Below are positions 1-8,714 of a DNA stretch of 64,000 bases, in pieces. Made by a program: the position numbers and the translations under genes. Location: positions 3,942-67,941 of IMG/VR virus record IMGVR_UViG_3300032322_001460; one strand, given 5' to 3'. Source of the DNA: a virus. The stretch's first letter is position 1. The number at the start of each line of letters is the position of its first letter. A model generated the notes under the pieces. The model had not been told where the DNA came from. It was given only the letters and a program-made list of their open reading frames with translations, and searched no databases.

Positions 1-297
1 CCATATGCTACATTAATTTTGAAAGGTGGTTATTATGAATGGGTTCCGCAATTTGACGAACAGGGCAATAAGTCTTGTGAGATACGTAAATGGAGAGGAC
101 CCGGCCATTTTCGTATATGTAGCCCTAACTCTTATCATCGTATTGAGCTTAAGCCTGGCGTAACAGCTTGGACATTGTTTATGCCCGGTCCTCATAAACG
201 TGATTGGGGATTTTTAGTTAACAACAAATGGGTACAACACGAACAATATCTAAAGGAGAGATATGAACAAGCTCATAATCAAGCCACAAGAGCTTAA
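1..297 (+). CDS. Hypothetical protein, possibly cupin-like; 5' end lies before the window
   Basis: Frame is open from base 1 (PYATLILKGGYYEW...). 'GGYYE', 'YHRIEL' and 'WTLF' resemble cupin metal-binding strands. Confidence 0.6.
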   Translation, partial: PYATLILKGGYYEWVPQFDEQGNKSCEIRKWRGPGHFRICSPNSYHRIELKPGVTAWTLFMPGPHKRDWGFLVNNKWVQHEQYLKERYEQAHNQATRA

Positions 298-856
298 CGG
301 ATTAGTTTCTAAAATTTGTAGAGACATCTCTATCAGCAGCTGGAAGCCAGACTATGTAGTGGGATTAACTCGTGGCGGATTAATCCCTGCTGTTATGATC
401 AGTCATTATTTTGGTGTTCCTTGCGAAACGTTAAAGGTCAGTTTACGTGATGGTAGCGAAACTGAAAGCAATTTGTGGATGGCCGAAGATGCCCTTGGAA
501 AAGAAGAACATTCTATTTTTATCGAGGACGAAAATGATATCGGTGCTGTATTAGATGCTGCATCAAGTTTATTAGAAATGCCAAAACCTCCGTCGTATAA
601 AAATATTCTCATCGTTGATGATATCAACGATACCGGTGCTACTTTTAATTGGGTAATGAATGACTGGAAATCTAGTTGTTTTCCCGATAATCCTAACTGG
701 AACGAAGTTTGGAATTTTAATGTAAAATTTTCTGTATTGGTAGATAATCTTGCCAGCCAGTGTGAAGTTAAAATGGATTATGTTGGTATGGAGATCAACA
801 AGGCAGAAAACGATGTATGGGTAGATTTCCCGTGGGAAGATTGGTGGTTAAAATGA
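263..856 (+). CDS. Type I purine phosphoribosyltransferase (xanthine/guanine PRT-like)
   Basis: 'VVGLTRGGLIPA' and PRPP-binding motif 'ILIVDDINDTGAT'; C-terminal 'WVDFPWE' is typical of Gpt-like enzymes. Confidence 0.85.
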   Translation: MNKLIIKPQELNGLVSKICRDISISSWKPDYVVGLTRGGLIPAVMISHYFGVPCETLKVSLRDGSETESNLWMAEDALGKEEHSIFIEDENDIGAVLDAASSLLEMPKPPSYKNILIVDDINDTGATFNWVMNDWKSSCFPDNPNWNEVWNFNVKFSVLVDNLASQCEVKMDYVGMEINKAENDVWVDFPWEDWWLK

Positions 857-1242
857 ATGAAAAAATAATGAAAGATCAGTCTGACTTTATAGAAGACAGT
901 CAAGCACCTTGGGATAATCTTGTAGAAGAAGATTATCATGTTAAAGTATTTGCGGACAAATATCCAGTTACCGAAGGACATTTATTATTTGTACCTAAAT
1001 ATAATACAGTGTCTGTATTGATGGATGCATTCGAAAGTGCTGTACGTGATGGTATACGTATGATCGAGGAAGGACAATGTGACGGTTTCAATATCGGATT
1101 TAATTACGGAAAGTCAGCAGGACAAACCGTAGGTTGGCCTCATGTGCATCTTATCCCAAGACGCACTGGAGATATGGAAGACCCGACAGGAGGCGTAAGA
1201 CACGTCATCCCGGAAAAGGGAAATTATAGGAAATCAAAATGA
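853..1242 (+). CDS. HIT-family nucleotide hydrolase
   Basis: 'YPVTEGHLLFVPK', 'AGQTV' and histidine-triad-like 'PHVHLIPR'. Start placed at the ATGA overlap (853) rather than 817. Confidence 0.9.
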   Translation: MNEKIMKDQSDFIEDSQAPWDNLVEEDYHVKVFADKYPVTEGHLLFVPKYNTVSVLMDAFESAVRDGIRMIEEGQCDGFNIGFNYGKSAGQTVGWPHVHLIPRRTGDMEDPTGGVRHVIPEKGNYRKSK

Positions 1243-1442
1243 GAAAAGAACTTATCGATGCATTAAGATTGCACTTTAGCGCACACATCCGTAAACACAA
1301 GATGAATGTCGAAGTAATGTTAAAAAATCCCACGGCATTGCCGGACCATACTGATATTATGGATGCTATAGAAAAAGAGATAGAGTTTATTGCAGAATAT
1401 ATGGATAAGTTGGAAGTTTTAGATAAACATTTCAACGATTGA
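1239..1442 (+). CDS. Hypothetical protein
   Basis: 67-aa ORF with ATGA coupling to the HIT gene. Confidence 0.7.
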   Translation: MRKELIDALRLHFSAHIRKHKMNVEVMLKNPTALPDHTDIMDAIEKEIEFIAEYMDKLEVLDKHFND

Positions 1443-1460
1443 ATCCTTGAAAAATAATTA

Positions 1461-1682
1461 ATGAGAAAGTATATCATTGGTTTTATAGTTGCCTGTGTAC
1501 TATGGGTACTGCTTCTTTCCACTATAGAAATACCAGAATACAAGATATATGATTGTGGTATGGCAGAATGGCATCCCGATATTCCGCCTGCTGTAAAAGA
1601 TGAGTGTAGAAATCGAAGAAAAAATGAAAAAGAAAATGAAAAACGCCTTTATGAAAACGGCAGAAATCTTCTCAGCACTTAG
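1461..1682 (+). CDS. Small membrane-anchored hypothetical protein
   Basis: N-terminal hydrophobic segment 'YIIGFIVACVLWVLLL'. Confidence 0.6.
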   Translation: MRKYIIGFIVACVLWVLLLSTIEIPEYKIYDCGMAEWHPDIPPAVKDECRNRRKNEKENEKRLYENGRNLLST

Positions 1683-2130
1683 TCATGCTCGCAGATTACA
1701 CGTAGGTGCTATCATTGTTAAAGATGATAGAATTATTTCTATTGGCTATAATGGTATGCCTGCAGGTTGGGACAATAACTGTGAATATAAAGATTATATG
1801 AGCAGAGATGCCGGAGGCTGGCTTAATCCCGATGAAATCGAAGAGCGTTGGCAGTACTTAGAAGAAGATGGTACTAGATATACATTAAAAACTAAACCTG
1901 AAGTATTACACGCAGAAACAAATGCTATTGCTAAATTAGCTAAAAGTAACGAATCGGGTTCTGGTGCTGCTATGTTTATCACTCACAGTCCTTGCCTCGA
2001 TTGCGCTAAACTTATCTATCAATCTGGTATCAATAGTGTATTCTATCGAGAAAGGTATCGTAGTGATGCCGGAATCGATTTTTTAATTAAATCAGGAGTT
2101 ATCGTTGAAAAGTTGGACATTAACAGTTGA
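1624..2130 (+). CDS. dCMP deaminase
   Basis: 'VGAIIVKDDRIISIGYNG' and zinc motifs 'HAETNAI' and 'PCLDC'. Start uncertain (1600, 1624 or 1636). Confidence 0.93.
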   Translation: MKKKMKNAFMKTAEIFSALSHARRLHVGAIIVKDDRIISIGYNGMPAGWDNNCEYKDYMSRDAGGWLNPDEIEERWQYLEEDGTRYTLKTKPEVLHAETNAIAKLAKSNESGSGAAMFITHSPCLDCAKLIYQSGINSVFYRERYRSDAGIDFLIKSGVIVEKLDINS

Positions 2131-2269
2131 AGAAGATCCTAAAACAGGAGACAGTATCCTAACCTTCCCGCCCGAGCTTCTAGAAGAAGCAGGATGGAAA
2201 GAAGGGGATACATTAGAATGGATAGATTTAGGTGATGGCTCTTGGCAACTTCAAAAAAAGAATGTATAA
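2105..2269 (+). CDS. Small AbrB/MazE/SpoVT-like DNA-binding protein (not in the ORF track)
   Basis: TTG-start 54-aa ORF translated by hand: MKSWTLTVEEDPKTGDSILTFPPELLEEAGWKEGDTLEWIDLGDGSWQLQKKNV. 'ILTFPPELLEEAGWKEGDTLEW' fits the swapped-hairpin pattern, and it fills the gap between two genes. Confidence 0.75.
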   Translation: MKSWTLTVEEDPKTGDSILTFPPELLEEAGWKEGDTLEWIDLGDGSWQLQKKNV

Positions 2270-2270
2270 T
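2242..2270 (+). promoter_or_regulatory. Sigma70-type promoter for the queE-like gene
   Basis: TTGGCA (2242-2247), 17 bp spacer, TATAAT (2265-2270); the ATG follows 5 nt later with no SD. Confidence 0.6.
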
Positions 2271-2275
2271 AAATT

Positions 2276-3127
2276 ATGGAAAAAATTAAACTAGCAGAGC
2301 TGTTTTACAGCATTCAAGGAGAAGGACGCTTTATGGGTGTTCCTTCTGTGTTTATGAGAACATTCGGTTGTAACTTTAAGTGTGCCGGATTCGGCTTGCC
2401 TAAAGGAGAATCAACTACAGAGGTCGATCCTATTGCAGCTAATGTACATCTTTACAAAAGTTACGAAGAATTACCTTTGGTATCAACAGGATGCGACAGC
2501 TATGCTTCGTGGCATCCAGCATTTAAACATCTTAGTCCTTTTTATGCTCCCGAAGAAATTGTAGAAAATATCATGAGCATACTTCCTTATAATCGTTGGG
2601 AAGATGAGCACTTAGTTATCACTGGAGGAGAGCCGTTGCTTAAATGGCAAAATATCTACCCAGAACTATTAAATCATCCTAAGATGAAACATTTAAAAGA
2701 AATTACTTTTGAAACTAACGGTACTCAGAATCTTACTCCAGAATTTAAAAAATATCTATTAGACTGGGGTGTTGAAAAAAGAGGTTATAGTAGATTAACA
2801 TTTTCTGTAAGTGCAAAATTAAGCTGTAGTGGTGAAGAAAGATCTGTAGCTATCCGACCAGACGTTGTGTGCGAATATCAAGAAGTTGGATACACATATC
2901 TTAAATTTGTTATAGCCACAGAAGACGATGCTGAGGAAGCATTAGAAACTTTAGACATTTATCGTGCAGAGGGATTCACTGGTCCTTGTTATTTGATGCC
3001 TGTGGGCGGAGTAGAAAATGTTTATACATTAAATAATCGTCGTGTAGCAGAACTTGCTATGAAAAATGGTCTAAGATACAGCGACCGATTGCAGGTGCCG
3101 TTATTTAAGAACGAGTGGGGAACTTAA
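2276..3127 (+). CDS. queE: 7-carboxy-7-deazaguanine synthase (QueE)-like radical SAM enzyme
   Basis: 'ELFYSIQGEG', 'SVFMRTFGCNFKC...GCDS', 'VITGGEPL', 'ETNGT' and C-terminal 'RYSDRLQV'. Confidence 0.8.
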   Translation: MEKIKLAELFYSIQGEGRFMGVPSVFMRTFGCNFKCAGFGLPKGESTTEVDPIAANVHLYKSYEELPLVSTGCDSYASWHPAFKHLSPFYAPEEIVENIMSILPYNRWEDEHLVITGGEPLLKWQNIYPELLNHPKMKHLKEITFETNGTQNLTPEFKKYLLDWGVEKRGYSRLTFSVSAKLSCSGEERSVAIRPDVVCEYQEVGYTYLKFVIATEDDAEEALETLDIYRAEGFTGPCYLMPVGGVENVYTLNNRRVAELAMKNGLRYSDRLQVPLFKNEWGT

Positions 3128-3567
3128 TGCAAAAATTTATCAAAAAATTAATGGGATTGGATAAGCTAGAGGCATCAATACAAAAAGCCGAACAGGATCT
3201 AGCAGAGGCTAATCGACGTTTGGAAGAAGCAGAAAAATCGCAAAAATTAGCTCAAGAACAAGAAGAACTAGCTAAACTAAATCCAAAAGATCGAGCTACT
3301 CGCAAGAAAGAACCGTGGGTTGGCGTATTGAACACTCACGTTAATCAAGATAATATTCGAAATGGATTCTTTGAACTTGACTGGAATGAGTATTTTGTGT
3401 TAAAATTAAAGCAAGACGGATATGGTGCAGACGGCGATAAGGAAGAAGAAATTGTTGATCGTTGGTTCCGAGAACTTTGCGCAAACGTAGTTGTTGATGG
3501 AGACTACGGTGGTCCTGTGGAAACAGGTGTTATAGACATAAAAAGTGTGAAACGAAACAACAAATGA
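3127..3567 (+). CDS. Hypothetical protein with N-terminal coiled coil
   Basis: ATG at 3127 overlaps the queE stop; heptad-like E/Q/K-rich N-terminus. Confidence 0.75.
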   Translation: MQKFIKKLMGLDKLEASIQKAEQDLAEANRRLEEAEKSQKLAQEQEELAKLNPKDRATRKKEPWVGVLNTHVNQDNIRNGFFELDWNEYFVLKLKQDGYGADGDKEEEIVDRWFRELCANVVVDGDYGGPVETGVIDIKSVKRNNK

Positions 3568-4574
3568 CTTATATTTTAGTAGATACTGCTAACACTTTTT
3601 TCCGTGCAAGGCACGTTATCAATGGTGATGCCGATATTAAGCTCGGTATGGCGTTTCATATAACCTTAAATTCAATAAGAAAAGCGTGGCAACAGTTTAA
3701 TGGTGGTCACGTTATCTTCTGTTTAGAAGGTCGCTCGTGGCGTAAGGACTATTATGCTCCTTACAAGCGCAATCGATCAGATGCCCGTGCTGCTCTAAAT
3801 GAACGCGAGCAAGAAGAAGATCGCGTGTTCTGGGAAGCGTTTGATACATTCAAAGAGTTTATCACAGACAAAACTAACTGTACTGTGCTACAAAATCCGC
3901 AGTTAGAAGCAGACGATCTTATTGCTGGCTGGATACAAAGCCATCCTAGTGACAATCATGTTATTATCAGTACTGATACAGATTTCGTTCAACTTATCTC
4001 TCCAAATGTCAAACAATATAACGGTGTAATGGAACACGTTATTACCCACGAAGGAATCTTTGATGACAAAGGTAAACCGGTCATTGATAAAAAGACAAAA
4101 GAAGCGAAGCCGGCACCTGATCCAGAATGGCTGTTGTTCGAAAAATGTATGCGTGGTGATACCAGTGATAATGTCTTCTCGGCATATCCGGGTGTGCGTA
4201 CTAAAGGCACAAGCAAAAAAGTGGGCCTTACTGAGGCGTTCGAAGATCGTAAAAGCAAAGGATATGCGTGGAACAATCTCATGCTACAGAGATGGACTGA
4301 TCACGAAGGTAAAGAGCACCGAGTCCTCGAAGACTACGAACGAAATCGTCGTTTGATAGATCTCAGTCATCAGCCAGACAACATCAAAGAAATAATTGCT
4401 AATACTATCGCCGAAGCTACTGGCGCAAACAAAAATATTAATCAGGTAGGTGTTAAACTTATGAAGTTTTGCGGACTGTACGATCTTAAAAAGATTTCTG
4501 AGCAGGCGCAAAGCTATGCGGAGCCATTGAATGCTAGATACAATATTAAAGAAGACCACAGCTTGCCCGTTTGA
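3564..4574 (+). CDS. rnh: T4 RNase H-like 5'-3' exonuclease (FEN family)
   Basis: 'ILVDTAN', 'SWRKDYYAPYKRNR', 'LEADDLIA', 'IISTDTDFVQL' and 'GDTSDNV'. Confidence 0.88.
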   Translation: MTYILVDTANTFFRARHVINGDADIKLGMAFHITLNSIRKAWQQFNGGHVIFCLEGRSWRKDYYAPYKRNRSDARAALNEREQEEDRVFWEAFDTFKEFITDKTNCTVLQNPQLEADDLIAGWIQSHPSDNHVIISTDTDFVQLISPNVKQYNGVMEHVITHEGIFDDKGKPVIDKKTKEAKPAPDPEWLLFEKCMRGDTSDNVFSAYPGVRTKGTSKKVGLTEAFEDRKSKGYAWNNLMLQRWTDHEGKEHRVLEDYERNRRLIDLSHQPDNIKEIIANTIAEATGANKNINQVGVKLMKFCGLYDLKKISEQAQSYAEPLNARYNIKEDHSLPV

Positions 4575-4617
4575 TTTGAGCTGTGAATCTCGAACAGACA
4601 CTTGTTGGGAGGAACCA

Positions 4618-5094
4618 ATGACAGACTTACACGCAAAGCCGATTATAGATAATAAGTTTTGGATAGTAGAAAAAAATGGAGAGAAGGTTGCTACTCTAAG
4701 AAAAGACGAAGATAACAGATTCGTTATGAGTAATCAATTAGGTATTAAAATCTACGACAACAAAAAAAGTTTAACTGATCAATTCGGCAAAGATTTTTTT
4801 GTTGCTAAAATTCTACAAGAATCTCGATGTGCCCAACCTAACGAAATTCATGGTTATAGCTGTAGCACTTCTCCTCATAATGCCATGTTCGATATAAAAA
4901 GAAAACTTCCGTTGTTTACTAAAAGTGAAGATTCGAAAAGTTTATATTGTGCAGGCTATTATGTTATTAAATTTGATAAAGGGTGGGTCAAAAGTTTTTG
5001 CCCTAAATTAATTACCTTACAAAGATACGAGTATCAAGGACCTTTTAAAACAGAAATTGAAATGAAACAGGTATTGTCAAATGTCTCTAAATAA
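4618..5094 (+). CDS. Hypothetical phage protein
   Basis: Start moved to ATG 4618, which is preceded by a GGAGG SD. Confidence 0.75.
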   Translation: MTDLHAKPIIDNKFWIVEKNGEKVATLRKDEDNRFVMSNQLGIKIYDNKKSLTDQFGKDFFVAKILQESRCAQPNEIHGYSCSTSPHNAMFDIKRKLPLFTKSEDSKSLYCAGYYVIKFDKGWVKSFCPKLITLQRYEYQGPFKTEIEMKQVLSNVSK

Positions 5095-5329
5095 TATTCC
5101 AAATAATCTAGCTTCTGTTGAAAAACTACTGCAACGAGTTAATTCAGCAGAAAAATCCAACCAAAAAGAAATCAGGATGACTATACAAGAAGCTAGAGAA
5201 CTAAGTAATGAACTTGCTCTAATAACTTCTAAATTGGGCAAAACTGTTCAAGAAATACATCAAATGTTATCTGAAGTACGAGATTCTACTACCAAAATCG
5301 ATGTTAAATTTGATGGCGGTGCTTTCTAA
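5081..5329 (+). CDS. Hypothetical protein
   Basis: 82-aa helical ORF overlapping the upstream gene. Confidence 0.7.
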   Translation: MSLNNIPNNLASVEKLLQRVNSAEKSNQKEIRMTIQEARELSNELALITSKLGKTVQEIHQMLSEVRDSTTKIDVKFDGGAF

Positions 5330-5333
5330 AAGA

Positions 5334-5371
5334 TATAAATATATACGTGCTTAATTATTAGGACACGTATA
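5334..5371 (+). promoter_or_regulatory. T4-type late promoter TATAAATA plus RBS-sequestering hairpin
   Basis: TATAAATA at 5334-5341. Stem TATACGTG (5342-5349)/CACGTATA (5364-5371) with inner CTTAA/TTAGG covers the AGGA SD. Confidence 0.7.
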
Positions 5372-5375
5372 GAAA

Positions 5376-5660
5376 ATGAGTAGACCAAAACCTCGAGTAA
5401 TACTCGAGTATGCAAACAAAGAAAATTTTAAAGTAGAACAAATCTTAGATAGTGAAGCTATCTGGGCGGTATTCTACAAAGGTAAGCCTTTTAATCTAAA
5501 AAGCGGCAGTCTTGTTTCAAGTTATCCCGGCCCTAAATACAAAAAAGTAAGTTTTTCAAATCCTGGTCATGCACATAATTTAGCAAAAAAATTGAATAGA
5601 ATTTTTAAGACCTCAGATTTTTCAGTTTATAAACTTACCGACGGCGAAGAACTAAAATAA
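5376..5660 (+). CDS. Basic hypothetical phage protein
   Basis: 94-aa ORF preceded by a late promoter motif and an SD. Confidence 0.8.
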   Translation: MSRPKPRVILEYANKENFKVEQILDSEAIWAVFYKGKPFNLKSGSLVSSYPGPKYKKVSFSNPGHAHNLAKKLNRIFKTSDFSVYKLTDGEELK

Positions 5661-5661
5661 A

Positions 5662-6063
5662 ATGGACAGAAAGGATACCTATACACAGGTATTTTTAAAG
5701 ACCGGTGGCGAGTCGTACGACGAAGCAGCTATAAAAAAATTTAGATCGATCTGGTGGCAAAATAATCGAGAAAAAAATAGCGGCGGCCTAAGGATAACTG
5801 AAAGTTGTCTAAACTTCATAGAAAATCAAGCAAAAATAAAAACCTATAAAATAGATTTTCCCAAAGACTTAACTATCGGACCACAAGTTTTAATTTGGTT
5901 AGATCAATTTATAGAATCTCCTTTTTATCTAGAAAAAAAATTTATCAAAGTTTTAACAGAAAAAGCAGCATTTGAACTCTATTTGTTTTCAGGTGATGTG
6001 AGGAAAATGGGTAGTTCAAAAGCTCTTGCCAAGAGATTAAACCAAGAATTAGCTTCACAATAA
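5662..6063 (+). CDS. Hypothetical protein
   Basis: 133-aa ORF starting 1 nt after the upstream stop. Confidence 0.75.
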   Translation: MDRKDTYTQVFLKTGGESYDEAAIKKFRSIWWQNNREKNSGGLRITESCLNFIENQAKIKTYKIDFPKDLTIGPQVLIWLDQFIESPFYLEKKFIKVLTEKAAFELYLFSGDVRKMGSSKALAKRLNQELASQ

Positions 6064-6071
6064 TCATACGC

Positions 6072-6079
6072 TATAAATA
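6072..6079 (+). promoter_or_regulatory. T4-type late promoter TATAAATA
   Basis: Exact TATAAATA in the intergenic gap, 7 nt before ATG 6087. Confidence 0.65.
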
Positions 6080-6086
6080 TTTCACG

Positions 6087-6362
6087 ATGTTAGATCTAAA
6101 TCCATTAGATGTTCTGAATAATAGATTTTTAAAATTTATGCCTCCTCATTTTGCTAAAATGAGATTGTCCAAAGTTGATTTTCAAATTAACGAAATCAAA
6201 GATTGGATAGACGTAAAGTGTAAAAATAGATATTCAATTTCACGTTTACCACAGATCGACGATAACGGAAAATTAAATATCAACATCTTTGTTGGATTCG
6301 AAGATCACAAAGAATTAACATTTTTTATGCTCGGATGCCCGTTTATAAGGAGAAACCAATGA
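6087..6362 (+). CDS. Hypothetical protein
   Basis: 91-aa ORF following a late promoter motif. Confidence 0.75.
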   Translation: MLDLNPLDVLNNRFLKFMPPHFAKMRLSKVDFQINEIKDWIDVKCKNRYSISRLPQIDDNGKLNINIFVGFEDHKELTFFMLGCPFIRRNQ

Positions 6363-6583
6363 CCGAAGAAATTAAAGAACAACAACCAGCCCCCGAAACT
6401 GCCCAACAGGCAGCTAACGGACAGCAGGTAACAGATCTAAACCTAAATGATCTTGCTGCATTGAAAAGTATTATCGATGTTGCTTCATCGAGAGGTGCCT
6501 TTAAGGCAGCTGAAATGGAGCCTGTCGGTAAAATTTATAACAAATTATCAGCATTTTTAGATTCAGTTGCTAAAAAGGATTAA
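6359..6583 (+). CDS. Hypothetical phage protein
   Basis: ATG 6359 has an AAGGAG SD and ATGA overlap; core 'LNLNDLAALKSIIDVASSRGAFKAAEM'. Confidence 0.8.
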   Translation: MTEEIKEQQPAPETAQQAANGQQVTDLNLNDLAALKSIIDVASSRGAFKAAEMEPVGKIYNKLSAFLDSVAKKD

Positions 6584-6586
6584 AAA

Positions 6587-7225
6587 ATGAAAGCCACAAA
6601 ACACGTTGGTAAAATCAAAAATACAGGCAATAAATGTCTAGTTGTTTTTAGAACTTTACCCGGAGAATCAAATATGGCACTGGTTGTAGAAACAGCTACT
6701 CTACCAGATTCTTATCATAATGCAATAATCGACTTAGTCGACGGAGATCAAGCTCAAGATGCATTTGAATTCGGAGAAATGCTTTTTGTAAGACCTTTTC
6801 CAGATGGACGCCCTATGCTAAGAGCATTACAGGCTGATGGTCGCATTAAAAAAGTTGCAACAGACAATGTTGTTATGACACCTACGCCTAACAGTGAGAT
6901 CAGTCTAGCTCAGTTAAATGTTTTAATAGCTGAACAAAAAAATTGTAGTATAGACGACTTATGCACATTTGTTAAAGGTGGTCCAAATGATCCGGGGTTA
7001 GTTAATTCTAAAAAAGTTAACAATGAAACCCCAGTTAAAGAGTCTGTACAAAAAGCTCAAGCAGCTGACGATAAGGTTTTAACAGATGCCGATATCGCTA
7101 AATCTTATCGTAGCCAAGCAGATGCTATGTATAAAGAAGCAGCTCGTCTTAGGAAACAGGCAGACGAATTAGATCCTCCTAAAAAGAAAGCAACTAAGAC
7201 TGTAGATGCCGAAGAGACTGTTTAA
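6587..7225 (+). CDS. Hypothetical phage protein
   Basis: 212-aa ORF with AAGGA SD. Confidence 0.8.
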   Translation: MKATKHVGKIKNTGNKCLVVFRTLPGESNMALVVETATLPDSYHNAIIDLVDGDQAQDAFEFGEMLFVRPFPDGRPMLRALQADGRIKKVATDNVVMTPTPNSEISLAQLNVLIAEQKNCSIDDLCTFVKGGPNDPGLVNSKKVNNETPVKESVQKAQAADDKVLTDADIAKSYRSQADAMYKEAARLRKQADELDPPKKKATKTVDAEETV

Positions 7226-7511
7226 ACCACCCAGTCATCTTGTAAAAGAATGGCCGGAGGTATTCGAAGATTTATATATGAATACGATGCCTGTGGCCTA
7301 TCTTGAAGTTATAAGATTAGAATTTAAGAACGGAAGAATATGGGAAATAGACATCAAAGAACAGTTGTCTGAATCACATAGTCAACTAGTCGCAGATAAA
7401 CTAGTAGACACCTTCCAAGAATACCAAGAAGAAATTTCTAAAATAGATTTTAAAATTGATATCGAAAAACTAAAAAAAGATGTCGAAAAAGAAACTAAGA
7501 AGTTTTTCTAG
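7206..7511 (+). CDS. Hypothetical protein
   Basis: 101-aa ORF; last gene of the + strand block, convergent with ugd. Confidence 0.75.
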   Translation: MPKRLFKPPSHLVKEWPEVFEDLYMNTMPVAYLEVIRLEFKNGRIWEIDIKEQLSESHSQLVADKLVDTFQEYQEEISKIDFKIDIEKLKKDVEKETKKFF

Positions 7512-8706
7512 TGTTACCGTAATGGATAACTCTTAAATCAGAATGGGTGAATGAACGCCAGGGATCGACTACAATCGATCCCTTTTCTATTTTACAATAT
7601 AAATTCTGATCTTCTTTATTATATGTTACTTTCTTATTATGTGCTAAAAGAACCACACCTAAAACACTTTCTCGATTGTCTCCTGTTAACGGATCGATAT
7701 ATTTAGGATCAAAACCGAGTAGTTGACAATAGTGTCCAATTAATAAACTATAACTTCCGTCACAATAAGGAACATCGGGTTTATAAGATTTTCCGTGAAT
7801 AAAAATTTCTAAAGAATTTTCTTTGGCTAAATCAACTAAGAACGTTGCTAAATTTTTAGCCTGAATTTCTCTAGCAGACATAATCGATTCAAAAAGATCA
7901 TAACCGAGATCTAGATTTTCAGCTAAAAATCTTAAAGCTATGTTATCCCTCGGATGACAAGCTCCGGCATCTCCCATTCCTGCTTTCATGTATTGAGGAC
8001 CCATAATACGCATGGTGCTTTTGGCCAGAGCATCTGTTACTATATCTACATTTATATTGCCTTGTTTAACAGCAACATCCTGTATCATATTAACTAGACC
8101 TATTTTAGCCGAAATAAATGTATTATAGAACACCTTAATACATTCGCATTCATCCCAAGTACCAATTACATATCTAGGATCGTTTTCCATTATTGTTTTA
8201 TAAAACTCTACAAGTTGTTTCGCATCACCTGTTTCTGTTCCATCTTCTGTACCGATCATAACCATTTCTGGATTTACCATATCCCAAGAAACTGATCCCA
8301 TTGCGATCAAATAAGGATTGTAAACAAATCTTGTATTGGTAACTAAATCTATAAATTCTCTTCGAGTCGTACCGGGAAGGACTGTGGAAATAAGAACTAA
8401 TAACTGTTCGTTATTCATATATTTGTTAGCTTCGACGATACATTGTTTAACAATACCATAACTAAAATCTTTAGGCTCTAAATGAGATGTAGGAGATCTA
8501 CCGTCGTACAAAGGATCGTGAGGGGTTGGGACAGCAATGAAAACGATATCCTTATCCTTAACACATTCTTTTATAGATTTGACAATAGATATATAAGAAC
8601 TAGATCGTTCTTCAACATCATATCCAACTACACTATGACCTTTTTGCGACACTACTTCTGCGCAAGGCATTCCTAATTTTCCTACACCGATAAATCCTAT
8701 TTTCAT
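7495..8706 (-). CDS. ugd: UDP-glucose/GDP-mannose 6-dehydrogenase family protein
   Basis: Rossmann 'IGFIGVGKLG', 'FIAVPTP', 'STVLPGTT', 'KVFYNTFISAKI' and catalytic Cys loop 'GMGDAGACHPRD'. Start is ATG 8706 or TTG 8718. Confidence 0.9.
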   Translation of the reverse strand: MKIGFIGVGKLGMPCAEVVSQKGHSVVGYDVEERSSSYISIVKSIKECVKDKDIVFIAVPTPHDPLYDGRSPTSHLEPKDFSYGIVKQCIVEANKYMNNEQLLVLISTVLPGTTRREFIDLVTNTRFVYNPYLIAMGSVSWDMVNPEMVMIGTEDGTETGDAKQLVEFYKTIMENDPRYVIGTWDECECIKVFYNTFISAKIGLVNMIQDVAVKQGNINVDIVTDALAKSTMRIMGPQYMKAGMGDAGACHPRDNIALRFLAENLDLGYDLFESIMSAREIQAKNLATFLVDLAKENSLEIFIHGKSYKPDVPYCDGSYSLLIGHYCQLLGFDPKYIDPLTGDNRESVLGVVLLAHNKKVTYNKEDQNLYCKIEKGSIVVDPWRSFTHSDLRVIHYGNTRKTS

Positions 8707-8714
8707 TTTTGATC

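Noticed and set aside
3761-4601. Overlapping small ORFs on both strands within rnh
   Set aside because: Nested in a gene with clear catalytic motifs; no recognisable features.
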